This document shows positions 9,935-19,283 of a stretch of DNA of 24,794 nt, in pieces. The DNA is from a virus. Its lineage: Duplodnaviria > Caudoviricetes. The stretch's first letter is position 1. The number at the start of each line of letters is the position of its first letter. Under the pieces are notes generated by a model. That model had not been told where the DNA came from, searched no databases, and saw only the letters and a list, made by a program, of their open reading frames with translations. The translations under genes were made by a program, and so were the position numbers. Where the stretch lies: positions 1 through 24,794 of IMG/VR virus record IMGVR_UViG_3300021560_000734. One strand, written 5' to 3'.

Positions 9935-12900
9935 TGCGCGCAGCTCTCAACCCGCCGCCCAAGTGGAAGGCGTATCTCGACGCGCACCAGCAGCGCGTGC
10001 GGTCGTTTGCGGATGGCGGTCCGAACGACCCCGAGGAGGCTGAGGACGACGAGGCCGAACCCGAAGGGATGACGCTCGACGAGTTCCTGAAATCACAGCA
10101 GCAGCGACCACCTCCAGCCCAGGCGACCGAGGATGTGACCGGAGCGGCGGAGCCGCAGGGCATGTCGCTCGATCAGTTTCTGAAATCGCAGCAGCAGGAG
10201 CAGGAGGAACCGCGTCTCGACAAGGGCCTCACCGGCGGGCTGGAGGCGGCCGGCATTTCGGCGGGTCGGCGCGTGCTGCCGGCGGCGGGCGCAATTACGG
10301 CTGGTCTTGCTGGAGCTGGATATGGGACCGCGGCGGGCGCGTGGTTGGCGCCGTTTACCGGCGGCCTATCGATCCCGGCGGGTGCGTTGATTGGCGGTGT
10401 GGGTGCAGGGCTCGCTGCCGGGTTTGGTGGCGGCTATCTCGCCAACTTGCTCCAGGACAAGGTGCTGGACGCGCTTGGGTACAAGGAGAAGGTCGAACAG
10501 TACGGTGCTGCGGCTGAAAAGCAGTTTCCCAAGACCTCCTTCGTCGCCGGGCTCGCGCCCGATTTGGCAGCATTCGCCGCTGGCAATGTGAGCCGGGGGG
10601 CGCGGCTTGCGTCTGCCGCGCTACAAGGGGCTGGCGAGGCGGCGTCGGAATATTACGGTACGGGCGAGATCAGTCCCGGCAAGGTTCTGACTGCGACCGG
10701 CCTCGGTGCCGTGTTCGCCAAGCCGCGCGCCGGTGTCGAGCGCACCGTGGGGGTGATCCCCGGCGTGAGGGCGGCGCAGGCGTATGCCGAAAGAGCAGTG
10801 GCAGGAGCAGAACAAGCGGCAGCGCGCCGTGCTCGCATCATGGGCGAAGCACCGGAGGAAGTGCCGGGCGAAACGCCGGTCGAGGCATCGGATGAAGCTG
10901 CCGCACCTGAAGCACCAACTGAAATACAAAGGATGATGGTGCCTGAGGGTGCCGATCTCACGGGAGGCAAGATTCTGTCCCTGAAGGGCGTGCCCGAGGG
11001 CATGAACCTTTCCGAAGCCGGGGTGCCGGTAGAGGGCACGGCGGCAGGTGTGGAGGCGCAGCGGGATGCGGAGGGGGTCAACCGTGTTCCGACCGCACCG
11101 GGGACTGCGGCGCAGGAGGCAAAGCCGGCTGCCGCGGGACCAACCGAATTCGGCGGCAAAGGCTCGCCGATCAGTTATCCGAAAGCGCCGAAATTCGGCA
11201 AGCGCACGACACCGCCGGGGGAGACGAATTTCACGACAGGCGATGTCAAGCCCGATGAAGCGGTGGCGATTGCTGGGCAGAAGGAGACGCCGCCCGACTA
11301 TTTCACCAAGCCGGCTGCCGGTGCGGAGTATGCGCACGGCGACGAGGACATGAGCCACGTCACGCTCAATCGCGAGAGCGATGTCCCCGGCAATGTCGCG
11401 TCCGACCCGAACGATCCGAACAGGATTTTGATCCACCGCGATCTCCCGCCGGTCGTCGATGTGAACGGCAGGCCGATCGATCCGGCCTATCCGCTCGGTG
11501 TGCGCGAGAATACGCGGCGGCAGATCAGCGACGTGCTGCGCAAGATCCGCGAACAGAACCCGGAGCACGCGGGCGCGGCCGAGCAGCACGAGGCGGTGGC
11601 GAAGGCCGCCGGCCACGAGGCACAACGCGCATGGCTCCACGACAAGGGGTACGACAATGAAGCGTTCAAAGCCGCAATCGGCGAAGGCGAGACGCAAGCG
11701 CCGCCGCGCGAAGCAGTCGCAGAGCCAGGACAACCAGCAGAAGCGCCCGCTGCCCCGCCCGTTCCGGCACCAGAGCCGGTAGCCGAGGCGCCGCCGCCGG
11801 CCCCGGAAGCGACCGCGTCGATCTCACGGACGGCACCTGCTCCCGCACCCGAAGTGCCGCCGTCCGAAGGCATCCCCGATTTCCTGCGGGTCGGTTCCAC
11901 GGCGCGTCCGCCGGAGGCATCGGTTCCGCAGTCTCAGAAGGTCCAGGACCCAGCCTTCGCAAAATATCTCGCGCAGCGGGAAGAGGGTCTGGCCAAGGAC
12001 GCCGCGGCGCGGGCGGAGATCGAGGCGCAGCAGCAGGCAGGCCGGGAGGCCAAGACCGCTGCGCGGCTCGGCCGGATGCGGGCCGAACGGTCCGGGGCGA
12101 CGACGAGCATGCCGCTCACCGGCCGGGCAGCACTTGAAGCGATCCGGCAGGGCGAGGTGCGCCGCGCATCACCCGAGATGTCGATGGCCAATCTGCGCAA
12201 GATGGCCGCCGACCTCGACGTGCCGACTGACACGAAGGAAAAGGCGACGCTGGTTCAGCGCATCAACAAGGCGCTCGACGCCTTCGCCAAGGACGAGGGC
12301 GGCGGTGGCCCGCCGATGTTCGGTCCGACGGCGCTGCAACGCGGCCTCGGCGCGGTCAGGCGGTTCATCGCGGACGAGAGCGGCAACATCGGCGCGGGCG
12401 AGGAGGTCGGCGCGCGGCCGAAATCGGAGACGCCCGCGGCTGCCGCGCTCGAAGGCCGCAAGATCGAGCAGCGGCGCCAGCGCGACTTCATGGGCACGGT
12501 CAAAAGTTTTGCCAAGGATGAGGGCGGCGGCGGCCCGCCGGCGTCCATCCCGCAGACGCTGAAAATGCTCACGTCGCAGGGTGGCGCCTATGCGAGCGAT
12601 CCGGTCAAGACGTTCGGCAAGCTCAAGTCGCGCTATGCGCCGCCGAAGGAAGGCTGGCGCACCCGGCAGGCCGGGTCCGAGCAGGAGGCGATGAGCCAGG
12701 GCATCTCCGACAACTTCTTCAGGATGAACCAGCAGAGCGTCGACCACGACGTCGGCCTGATGCAGAACGTCGCCAACCTCAAGGGCAACGACAAGAAGCT
12801 GATGGCGGACGCGGACGTGCAGCAGCAGATGTACCGCGCACGCGAGGCAGGCAAGACCGGCAATCTGACTGGGCCCGTCAAGGCGCTCTACGACAAGCAC

Positions 12901-14850
12901 ATCAAGCCGCTGTTCGAGGACAGCGCGGAGAAGTACGCGAAGATCAAGGCGCTGACCAAGGACTGGTCGCCGGAGCAGTTCGAGGAGTTTTTCGGCAACC
13001 TCGACCCGACCCACGTTCACCGGATGGCGAAGGGCTACAACCGCGCCTGGGACGAACTGGTATCGGGCCAGAGTTCCGATCCGGTCGAGGGCATCGTGCG
13101 CGGGCTCAAGACCAATCCGAGTTCGCTGCAAAGCCGCCGCTTCTTCGCAATCGAGGACGCCAACGGCAAGCGCACCGTGGTGACGCCGACCGACGAGGGC
13201 CTCACGCTGTGGGACAAGGGCAACGCCACCCACGTGGAGCATGAGGGACCGTTCGAGGTCGGCAACAAGATCACCGTCAACGGCAAGGAGTACACGGCGC
13301 GGCAGGCGCTCACGCCCGAGATCAAGGAGAACGCGCGGTTTTCGGACGGCCGCATGGCCGACTACCACGAGAACGCGATGGCGAGCGCGATGCAGGAAAA
13401 TCGCGCGGTGAATACGGCGCTGCGCCACCTCGAATATCTCGAAAGCCTCAAGTCCGATCCGAAATTCAAGGCGTACACGGTCGACCTCAACAAGCCGGGC
13501 GGGCGGGCGGAGGCGCAGCGGCGCGGCTATGCGGAGTCGGCGATGCCACAGATGAAGGGCATCGCGATGGACCCCTTCCTCAAGGCCGCCTTCGACGACT
13601 TCTCGCGGCCCGGCCTCCAGTCGCCGGCGCTCGACGGCCTGCGCAAGATGAGCCAGGCGGTGACCAAGACGCTGTTCTTTACGCCGGTGCCGCACTCGCT
13701 CAACGCGTTCTGGCACTGGTGGGTCGGGCGCGGCTGGGACTGGCTCAAGCCGTCCGAGTACGGGCGGCTGATCCCGGACCTGATGACGGCGTACCGCTCG
13801 GTGATGACGCAGGATGCGTTCCAGCGCCAACTCCTCAAGGCCGGTGCCGGGCTCGTCGAGCCGGGCGTGAGCACGACCGGGTTCGAGCGCAAGATGGCCG
13901 ACGCCATCGGCCTCGACGTCAAACGCAACCCGCTCAAGTGGGAGCAGCTTGCCGGGACGATGGGGCTCGGCAAGGGCGCGGAGGCGACGAGCCGGCTGGT
14001 CGAGGGGCTCTACAACTGGTCAAAGAACACGATGTGGTCGGTCAACGACATCCTGCTCACGCACCAGATCATGGTGAACCAGCGCCGCGGCATGTCGCTC
14101 GAACAGGCGATCGGCCACGCCGAGCAGCACATCCCGAACTACCGGCTGCCGGCGACGATCCTCGGCAGCCGCACGCTCGCACAGGTGATCGGCGACCCAT
14201 CGACGGTGGCGTTCGGGCGCTATCACTACGGCGTCTACAACTCACTCGCCCGCATGGTGAAGGGGCTCACCTTCGGCGATGCGCAGCAACGCACCGAGGC
14301 GGCCGGCAACCTGTTCGCGCTCGGGCTCTTTGCCGCCGTGATGAAGCCGCTGGTGCTCGACCCGATGGTGCAGGCGATCACCGGCGACAAGGAAGCCGAG
14401 ACCGCGCCGCGCGGGCCGCTTTCGCCGATCACCGCGGGGCTAGAATTTGCCGAAGGCAAGAAGGGGCCGGAAGGGCTCGCCGGCGGTGCGCTCACGCTGC
14501 CGCCGCTCCTCGGTGCGGCGCTCCAGTTGTACAAGAACCGCGACTTCGCCGGTCGCCCGATCATCAACCCGGGTGCATCGTTGCCGGTGCAGGGCGGCGA
14601 ACTCAGCGATCAGCTCGCGAGCGGGCTGCTCGCGCCGTTCGGCACGATCCGCAATGCGCAGAACCGCTACCCGGGCGCCGATCCATTCACGATTGCCGCG
14701 AAGGCGTTGGGCGAGCAGTTCGTCGACATCAAGACGAAGAAGCCGGGCTCCGAGGCCAAGGCCGCAAAGGCGATCCGGCAGGAAGAACACCGGCGCATGA
14801 AGCAGCCGCTGGGGCCGTTCGAGAAGCTCGCACGCAACCTGACGCAGTGA
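9934..14850 (+). CDS. Large putative internal virion / DNA ejection protein 3 (1638 aa)
   Basis: GTG overlaps the upstream TAG. N-terminal glycine-zipper hydrophobic stretch (AGAITAGLAGAGYGTAAGAWLAPFTGGLSIPAGALIGGVGAG), Pro/Ala/Glu linker and helical C-terminal region. Largest and last big gene of the virion operon, as for podophage core proteins. Confidence 0.7.
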   Translation: MRAALNPPPKWKAYLDAHQQRVRSFADGGPNDPEEAEDDEAEPEGMTLDEFLKSQQQRPPPAQATEDVTGAAEPQGMSLDQFLKSQQQEQEEPRLDKGLTGGLEAAGISAGRRVLPAAGAITAGLAGAGYGTAAGAWLAPFTGGLSIPAGALIGGVGAGLAAGFGGGYLANLLQDKVLDALGYKEKVEQYGAAAEKQFPKTSFVAGLAPDLAAFAAGNVSRGARLASAALQGAGEAASEYYGTGEISPGKVLTATGLGAVFAKPRAGVERTVGVIPGVRAAQAYAERAVAGAEQAAARRARIMGEAPEEVPGETPVEASDEAAAPEAPTEIQRMMVPEGADLTGGKILSLKGVPEGMNLSEAGVPVEGTAAGVEAQRDAEGVNRVPTAPGTAAQEAKPAAAGPTEFGGKGSPISYPKAPKFGKRTTPPGETNFTTGDVKPDEAVAIAGQKETPPDYFTKPAAGAEYAHGDEDMSHVTLNRESDVPGNVASDPNDPNRILIHRDLPPVVDVNGRPIDPAYPLGVRENTRRQISDVLRKIREQNPEHAGAAEQHEAVAKAAGHEAQRAWLHDKGYDNEAFKAAIGEGETQAPPREAVAEPGQPAEAPAAPPVPAPEPVAEAPPPAPEATASISRTAPAPAPEVPPSEGIPDFLRVGSTARPPEASVPQSQKVQDPAFAKYLAQREEGLAKDAAARAEIEAQQQAGREAKTAARLGRMRAERSGATTSMPLTGRAALEAIRQGEVRRASPEMSMANLRKMAADLDVPTDTKEKATLVQRINKALDAFAKDEGGGGPPMFGPTALQRGLGAVRRFIADESGNIGAGEEVGARPKSETPAAAALEGRKIEQRRQRDFMGTVKSFAKDEGGGGPPASIPQTLKMLTSQGGAYASDPVKTFGKLKSRYAPPKEGWRTRQAGSEQEAMSQGISDNFFRMNQQSVDHDVGLMQNVANLKGNDKKLMADADVQQQMYRAREAGKTGNLTGPVKALYDKHIKPLFEDSAEKYAKIKALTKDWSPEQFEEFFGNLDPTHVHRMAKGYNRAWDELVSGQSSDPVEGIVRGLKTNPSSLQSRRFFAIEDANGKRTVVTPTDEGLTLWDKGNATHVEHEGPFEVGNKITVNGKEYTARQALTPEIKENARFSDGRMADYHENAMASAMQENRAVNTALRHLEYLESLKSDPKFKAYTVDLNKPGGRAEAQRRGYAESAMPQMKGIAMDPFLKAAFDDFSRPGLQSPALDGLRKMSQAVTKTLFFTPVPHSLNAFWHWWVGRGWDWLKPSEYGRLIPDLMTAYRSVMTQDAFQRQLLKAGAGLVEPGVSTTGFERKMADAIGLDVKRNPLKWEQLAGTMGLGKGAEATSRLVEGLYNWSKNTMWSVNDILLTHQIMVNQRRGMSLEQAIGHAEQHIPNYRLPATILGSRTLAQVIGDPSTVAFGRYHYGVYNSLARMVKGLTFGDAQQRTEAAGNLFALGLFAAVMKPLVLDPMVQAITGDKEAETAPRGPLSPITAGLEFAEGKKGPEGLAGGALTLPPLLGAALQLYKNRDFAGRPIINPGASLPVQGGELSDQLASGLLAPFGTIRNAQNRYPGADPFTIAAKALGEQFVDIKTKKPGSEAKAAKAIRQEEHRRMKQPLGPFEKLARNLTQ
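10057..10197 (+). repeat. Duplicated EP.GM[TS]LD[EQ]FLKSQQQ peptide repeat
   Basis: Copies at 10057-10104 and 10150-10197. Confidence 0.85.
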
Positions 14851-14857
14851 GGACGCG

Positions 14858-15238
14858 ATGCCGTTCAAGAAGGTTGGCACGAACGACTACACGGGACCGA
14901 GCGGCAGACACTTCAACAAGGCGCAGGTGCGGCTCTACTATGCGCACGGCGGAAGATTTCCCGGTCAGCAGGGCGCGGCCCAAGGAGGAGCCATGGAAGG
15001 CGTGAAGATGACCAAAGGCGAGAAGCCGCGCGTGGCGAGCTACGCGCAAGGCGGCCCGGTGCTCGGGCGCGAGAAGGACTTCATGAAGATGAAGGACGAA
15101 TTCCGCGACCCCGATCATTTCAACCCGGCGGCCGACGAGGATCAGAAGTACGGCAAGTCGGGGATCGGCAAGGGCGACGGCGCCGGCGAGGGCGAGGTCA
15201 AGCCGCCGAAGGCGCCGGCGGACAAGAAGATCAAGTGA
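14858..15238 (+). CDS. Small Lys/Gly-rich hypothetical protein (126 aa), last gene of the virion operon
   Basis: GAGGA RBS before ATG 14858; codon usage like its neighbours. Confidence 0.75.
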   Translation: MPFKKVGTNDYTGPSGRHFNKAQVRLYYAHGGRFPGQQGAAQGGAMEGVKMTKGEKPRVASYAQGGPVLGREKDFMKMKDEFRDPDHFNPAADEDQKYGKSGIGKGDGAGEGEVKPPKAPADKKIK

Positions 15239-15313
15239 TCAGCCGCGCTGCATGCAGATGACGTAGGCCCCGACGAGCCACATCAAAATCTCTATGGTCT
15301 CCACGGCTGTTTC

Positions 15314-16090
15314 TCAGGGCTTGTCTGCCATCGCCACGTTCAAATTGCGGTCTGGGTCAAACCCAAACATCCAGACGAGGTGCTGGTAATATTCGGGTTG
15401 CTGCTTCTGCAACTCCGATCGCTGGCGTGGGCCATCTTCGCCGTAGAGGAATACGCTGGCGGTGACAGCAAAAAATTCCCTCTCGTTGGTCATCAGATAG
15501 GCGTCCGCAGGGTAGAGGGCGCGATCCTTGGCCTCCTTGTAGTAGACCAAGATGGAGGGGTTCTTGAACCCGGCGGGCAGTACCTTGGCGTGATATGCGT
15601 GCAGCATTTCATGAAGCATGACCGGCCTTCGCGACGATCGACTGAGGTCGACACGAACTGACACAATACCGGATAGGGGCGCCGTCGTGCGGGTGAGCCG
15701 TTCCTGCGCAGATGCCGTCCATTGAGATTTCTGTGAATCCCAAACGGCGAACACGGAATCCCCCGACGAGCGCGGACCACTCGTCTCCTCATAGCAGGCT
15801 GCGTTGCGTGACGGCCTCTTGCCGCCCGCGATCTGATTGTCGCCCATGCACGCGAATTGATCGACCTCAATTGGAATGGTCCGGAAAAACTTGAGGACAC
15901 GCGGGCTCAGCCCGACGTTCTCGACGATGTCCAATTGGTGTCGCAACGCGGATTCGATTTCGTTGAACGCTTTATGCCCCGCGATCTCGGACAGGTCGAT
16001 GCGATATCCTCGATACTCATTTTCGAGCGGTGCGGCCTGTGCACCTGCGACGATCAGCAGGGACACCAGCGCGACAGTCGGGGATTTCAT
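15314..16090 (-). CDS. Secreted zinc metallopeptidase (HEXXH; anthrax lethal factor / MtfA-like zincin), moron-like
   Basis: Signal peptide MKSPTVALVSLLIVAGAQA|A, VMLHEMLHAYH zinc motif and downstream YLMTNEREFFAV third-ligand motif. GGAGAG RBS before ATG 16090. Confidence 0.8.
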   Translation of the reverse strand: MKSPTVALVSLLIVAGAQAAPLENEYRGYRIDLSEIAGHKAFNEIESALRHQLDIVENVGLSPRVLKFFRTIPIEVDQFACMGDNQIAGGKRPSRNAACYEETSGPRSSGDSVFAVWDSQKSQWTASAQERLTRTTAPLSGIVSVRVDLSRSSRRPVMLHEMLHAYHAKVLPAGFKNPSILVYYKEAKDRALYPADAYLMTNEREFFAVTASVFLYGEDGPRQRSELQKQQPEYYQHLVWMFGFDPDRNLNVAMADKP

Positions 16091-16176
16091 CTGGCTCTCC
16101 TTTGTGGTGGAGAGAGCCTTACACACAATGCGGAAACGAAGGGTTACGGGGATCGTTAAAATTTGAGGGAAAGCCG

Positions 16177-16215
16177 CGCCCCCGGAGGAGCGCGCTGGGG
16201 GTGGGCCTATTTTTT
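16177..16215. terminator. Possible intrinsic (perhaps bidirectional) terminator
   Basis: cgcccccgg (16177-16185) pairs with ctgggggtg (16195-16203), with two G-U pairs if read on +. T6 follows at 16210-16215. On - it lies right after the stop of the 16207 gene. Confidence 0.4.
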
Positions 16216-16461
16216 GCGTGGCAGTCGATTGCCCTGCATGTCGATACCAAGCGTCTCGTTGCCGATCACGTTACTCAGCGCGACACATACAGGCGCGGCT
16301 TCGCGCCGCTCGCGCTCGCACCACAGCACGACGTGCGTCTCGTTCGGCCCGCCAATCACGACGCCGGTCCATTCCTTATCAGGATTAGGATTGCTGAGGT
16401 GAGCGATCTCGTAGCCGGTCGTCCGGAACCGAATGATATCGCCGTTTTCCATTTCGATCAT
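16207..16461 (-). CDS. Hypothetical protein (84 aa)
   Basis: GAGGAG RBS before ATG 16461 (MIEMENGDIIRF...); the upstream extension in the track looks spurious. Confidence 0.6.
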   Translation of the reverse strand: MIEMENGDIIRFRTTGYEIAHLSNPNPDKEWTGVVIGGPNETHVVLWCERERREAAPVCVALSNVIGNETLGIDMQGNRLPRKK

Positions 16462-16633
16462 TGCATTCTCCTCGCAGTGGTGATCGACCATCGACCACCT
16501 GAGGCGCAGTATACCACAGTCGGTTTTTGTGTTTTCGTTTGTGCGCGGCAACATCAATGACTTAGCTTTTTGCCGACGTTGAAATACCTAATGAATATTT
16601 TTTTGCAAACTGTCACAATTCAATTTTTGCCAC

Positions 16634-16831
16634 TCATGCCTTCATATCCTGTCGTATCTGTTTTGCGACGTGCTCCAGCATGTCAGGCAGCATCTTCATT
16701 GTTTCGAGGTCGGCCTGACAGGAAAAGCCTGGGCCGCGCTCACCGCCAACCACGATCAGCAACACACTGCCGCCAGTCTTTTCGCGCACGGAGGTGCACA
16801 GATCATCGTATTTGCCGGGGCCGATGGGCAT
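16634..16831 (-). CDS. Small phage hypothetical protein (65 aa)
   Basis: MPIGPGKYDDLCT...; GAGGGA RBS; in line with the leftward operon. Confidence 0.75.
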   Translation of the reverse strand: MPIGPGKYDDLCTSVREKTGGSVLLIVVGGERGPGFSCQADLETMKMLPDMLEHVAKQIRQDMKA

Positions 16832-16843
16832 TCAGGCCATCCC

Positions 16844-17101
16844 TCACTGCCGTGACTTTGGTCGCTGCGAGCTGTCGTGGATCACGGTCTTCTCGGGATC
16901 GATCATCCCGTGCTTGCGGAATTCGTCCGCCATCGTCTGCTCGGTCTCGCCGTAGAAGATCATCACGTCGAACGGGATGTCGATCTCCCTGCCCCAGACG
17001 CTGATCGGGCGGCCGAGCTTGAGTTGCTCGACGTTCTTCGCCGAGAGGCCGAGCCCGAGCACCTCGCGCCCGTTGCTCTGTGTCGCCTTGAACTTGATCA
17101 T
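16844..17101 (-). CDS. Small phage hypothetical protein (85 aa)
   Basis: MIKFKATQSNGREVLGLGLS...; ATGA overlap with the helicase stop. It is the real 3' part of the 290-aa track ORF. Confidence 0.75.
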   Translation of the reverse strand: MIKFKATQSNGREVLGLGLSAKNVEQLKLGRPISVWGREIDIPFDVMIFYGETEQTMADEFRKHGMIDPEKTVIHDSSQRPKSRQ

Positions 17102-18588
17102 GCAACCTGCTCCGCTTGCTGCGAGGCGGCGAACAGGTGGCGCTCGAACTGCGAGCCGGTCGGCACTGGGAGAACCATCAACTGGTTTTTCTTGGTTGCA
17201 AACTCCGTCGACTTGGCGAGGGTTTTCATATGCGCGGTCGTGGCCCCGAAATTGGTCTTGAGGCCGGTCTTGATCAACTGGTGGTTCTCGACCTTGTGGT
17301 CCTCCATGTAGGTGCGGAACGTCTGCTGGCAGATCATGATCAGGCGATCCTTCAAAGCGTAGTGCACGTACACGGGGTTGCCCAGCGGTGGCGACCTGAC
17401 GATGCCGAGTTGGGCGCGCGGGTTTCCCTGCCGGGCGAGCGGGACCATTTTCTGCGTCCACAGCGAGCGCGAGCGCATCTCGTCGAGGAAGGCGTGCAGA
17501 ATTTCGGCGCTGGCACCGGGCGAGGCGCCGTTGACCGGCAGGCCCTTGACGCGCTCGCGCAGCGTCTCGACGTGGTGCAGGAGGTAGTTGCGCAGCCGTT
17601 CGAGGTCGAACGCACAGCCGAGTTCGTTGGCGAAGGTGGCGCCAGCGGCGAGCACCGCGGCGGTCGAAATCCAGTAGCGTTCGTGCCGCGTCGGTTGCAG
17701 CCGGATCTCGAACCATTCCATGGCGGCGAGCGCGTCGGCCTTGGCTCTCGCGGGGTTGCGGCCGAGCAGGCGCGCATACTCGCGTCCGATGACGCCGTGG
17801 TTTGAGGTCATCGTGGCCTTGATCGCCTGTGCCTGGCTGATGGGGAGTTGCCCGTTGGACGAGAGCAGCACCCGGCCGAGCGTGATCTCGAACAGGCGAT
17901 AGAGCCCGCCTTCGTTGGTGTCCTTCCTGATCGCGCGCTTATGCACAACCCAGTTCCAGAAACTGTTTGTCGCCGCCGCCGCGATGATGGTCTGGTTGTT
18001 GCGCACTTCGCTGATGTGGTGGCGCACTCCATGCTTCGCCCCGCTGGTGCTGTGGCTGAGCGCCAGCATCAGGTCCCAGATGATGTCGCGCGCCACCGGC
18101 GTGTGGGTCTCGTCCCAATAGACCGGCAGGTGGCGCAGGCGGGCAATCTTGGTCATGCTGCCCTGGCCGGTCGCCCGCACGTCGAGCGCAAGCCGCGGGT
18201 TGCCCCACACCGAGGCGGCGACTTCCAGCCCTGTCGTCTTGCCGCAACCGGTGGGGCCGGTGACCGGCACGCAGATGCCGGTCGCGCCGATCAGGGAGAG
18301 GAGCGGGGCCGCAAATGCGGTCGCGAACACGGCGTCCAGTTCGGGGCGTTCTTGGTCGGTGATGAGGCGGGCGGCGCGCAGCCACGGATTGAGTTCGCCC
18401 CGCGGCGCGTAGATTTTCGCCAGCATGGCGTCGTCGCAATCGGCTTTGCGGGTGGATGATCCGTTGGCGCAGAACATCTGGCCGCCGTAGGCGAAGCCCG
18501 CCGGCTCGCCGTTCTCCTCGTACCAGCCGTAGGGAACGGTCGGGGCGGCGGGGGCCTGCTCCTCGCGCAGCTTGGACATGAAGGACAT
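17098..18588 (-). CDS. DUF927-family P-loop NTPase / putative replicative helicase (496 aa)
   Basis: YGW...GFAYG N-terminal motif, FAAPLL, Walker A GPTGCGKTT followed by AASVWGNP, Walker B LPVYWDE, G.L.RLFEI and NHGVIG; all typical of DUF927/Cch-like helicases. Confidence 0.8.
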   Translation of the reverse strand: MSFMSKLREEQAPAAPTVPYGWYEENGEPAGFAYGGQMFCANGSSTRKADCDDAMLAKIYAPRGELNPWLRAARLITDQERPELDAVFATAFAAPLLSLIGATGICVPVTGPTGCGKTTGLEVAASVWGNPRLALDVRATGQGSMTKIARLRHLPVYWDETHTPVARDIIWDLMLALSHSTSGAKHGVRHHISEVRNNQTIIAAAATNSFWNWVVHKRAIRKDTNEGGLYRLFEITLGRVLLSSNGQLPISQAQAIKATMTSNHGVIGREYARLLGRNPARAKADALAAMEWFEIRLQPTRHERYWISTAAVLAAGATFANELGCAFDLERLRNYLLHHVETLRERVKGLPVNGASPGASAEILHAFLDEMRSRSLWTQKMVPLARQGNPRAQLGIVRSPPLGNPVYVHYALKDRLIMICQQTFRTYMEDHKVENHQLIKTGLKTNFGATTAHMKTLAKSTEFATKKNQLMVLPVPTGSQFERHLFAASQQAEQVA

Positions 18589-18591
18589 GGC

Positions 18592-19002
18592 TCACCCCTT
18601 TCGCGGATAGGCGCAGCGCCAGTACAGGTGCCCGGCTTTGCGGTAGTCGACCCGATGGCCGCCGGAGCGTTGGCAGATGTCGCGCGGTCGGTGCGGCGCA
18701 GGTTCGGATTGAATCCGACTTTCCGACTTTTGGGTTGATTTGTTCCTGATGATCGGCTGATCAAGGTTTGCGGGCGGTGGCGGCGGCTTGATCTGCTCGA
18801 CCGGTTCCCAGCGATGGACAAACGACACGACCTTCACGGTGGCGACGAGGCGCGGTCCCTTGGCCAAGCCGTTCGGCAGCGGCTCGATCAGCGGCGGCGC
18901 CGGCCTGACGTGCGCCTGGTGGTGTGCCGTTTCTGCCAGCGACAGGATCGCCAGAAACAGGGCCGGGCCGGCAGCGATCGACAGCAGGGTGGTGCGGGTC
19001 AT
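18592..19002 (-). CDS. Membrane-anchored / exported hypothetical protein with Pro-rich linker and C-terminal two-Cys motif (136 aa)
   Basis: ATG 19002 overlaps the upstream stop. Hydrophobic N-terminus LLSIAAGPALFLAILSLA; C-terminus DICQRSGGHRV...YWRC. Confidence 0.7.
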   Translation of the reverse strand: MTRTTLLSIAAGPALFLAILSLAETAHHQAHVRPAPPLIEPLPNGLAKGPRLVATVKVVSFVHRWEPVEQIKPPPPPANLDQPIIRNKSTQKSESRIQSEPAPHRPRDICQRSGGHRVDYRKAGHLYWRCAYPRKG

Positions 19003-19259
19003 CGCGGATATTTGTCGCGCCAGAATGCGGTGAATTTCTGCGTCAGCAGATACTCCGGGTCGCCGGCGAGGTCCTTGATCTCGGCATCGGTCGGGGCGCG
19101 CAGCCGCATGTCGTCGTCGAATACCATCAGGTGGCCACACAGGCAGACGGTGGCGTCGCCGGGCTTGGGCCGCGCGGTCTCGTTCTCGACATGGCTCACG
19201 GCGTCGAGTTCGTACCCGCAGTTGAGACAGCGGGAGGCGGCGACGCGCTGGGCAGGCAT
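18999..19259 (-). CDS. Small Zn-ribbon-like protein (86 aa)
   Basis: CLNCG ... PKPGDATVCLCGH; GGAG RBS. Confidence 0.7.
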   Translation of the reverse strand: MPAQRVAASRCLNCGYELDAVSHVENETARPKPGDATVCLCGHLMVFDDDMRLRAPTDAEIKDLAGDPEYLLTQKFTAFWRDKYPR

Positions 19260-19283
19260 TGCGGCTTCACTCCAGATAGCGGC

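Noticed and set aside
15286-15304. Possible self-target of array unit 3 (aaatctctatggtctccac resembles tctatggc and aatctccat)
   Set aside because: Matches are 6-7 nt or mismatched and both on the same strand, which is expected by chance in 25 kb. A proper paired-spacer search is needed.
16558-16633. AT-rich gap as replication origin
   Set aside because: Short, with no iterons visible; more simply a promoter-containing intergenic region.
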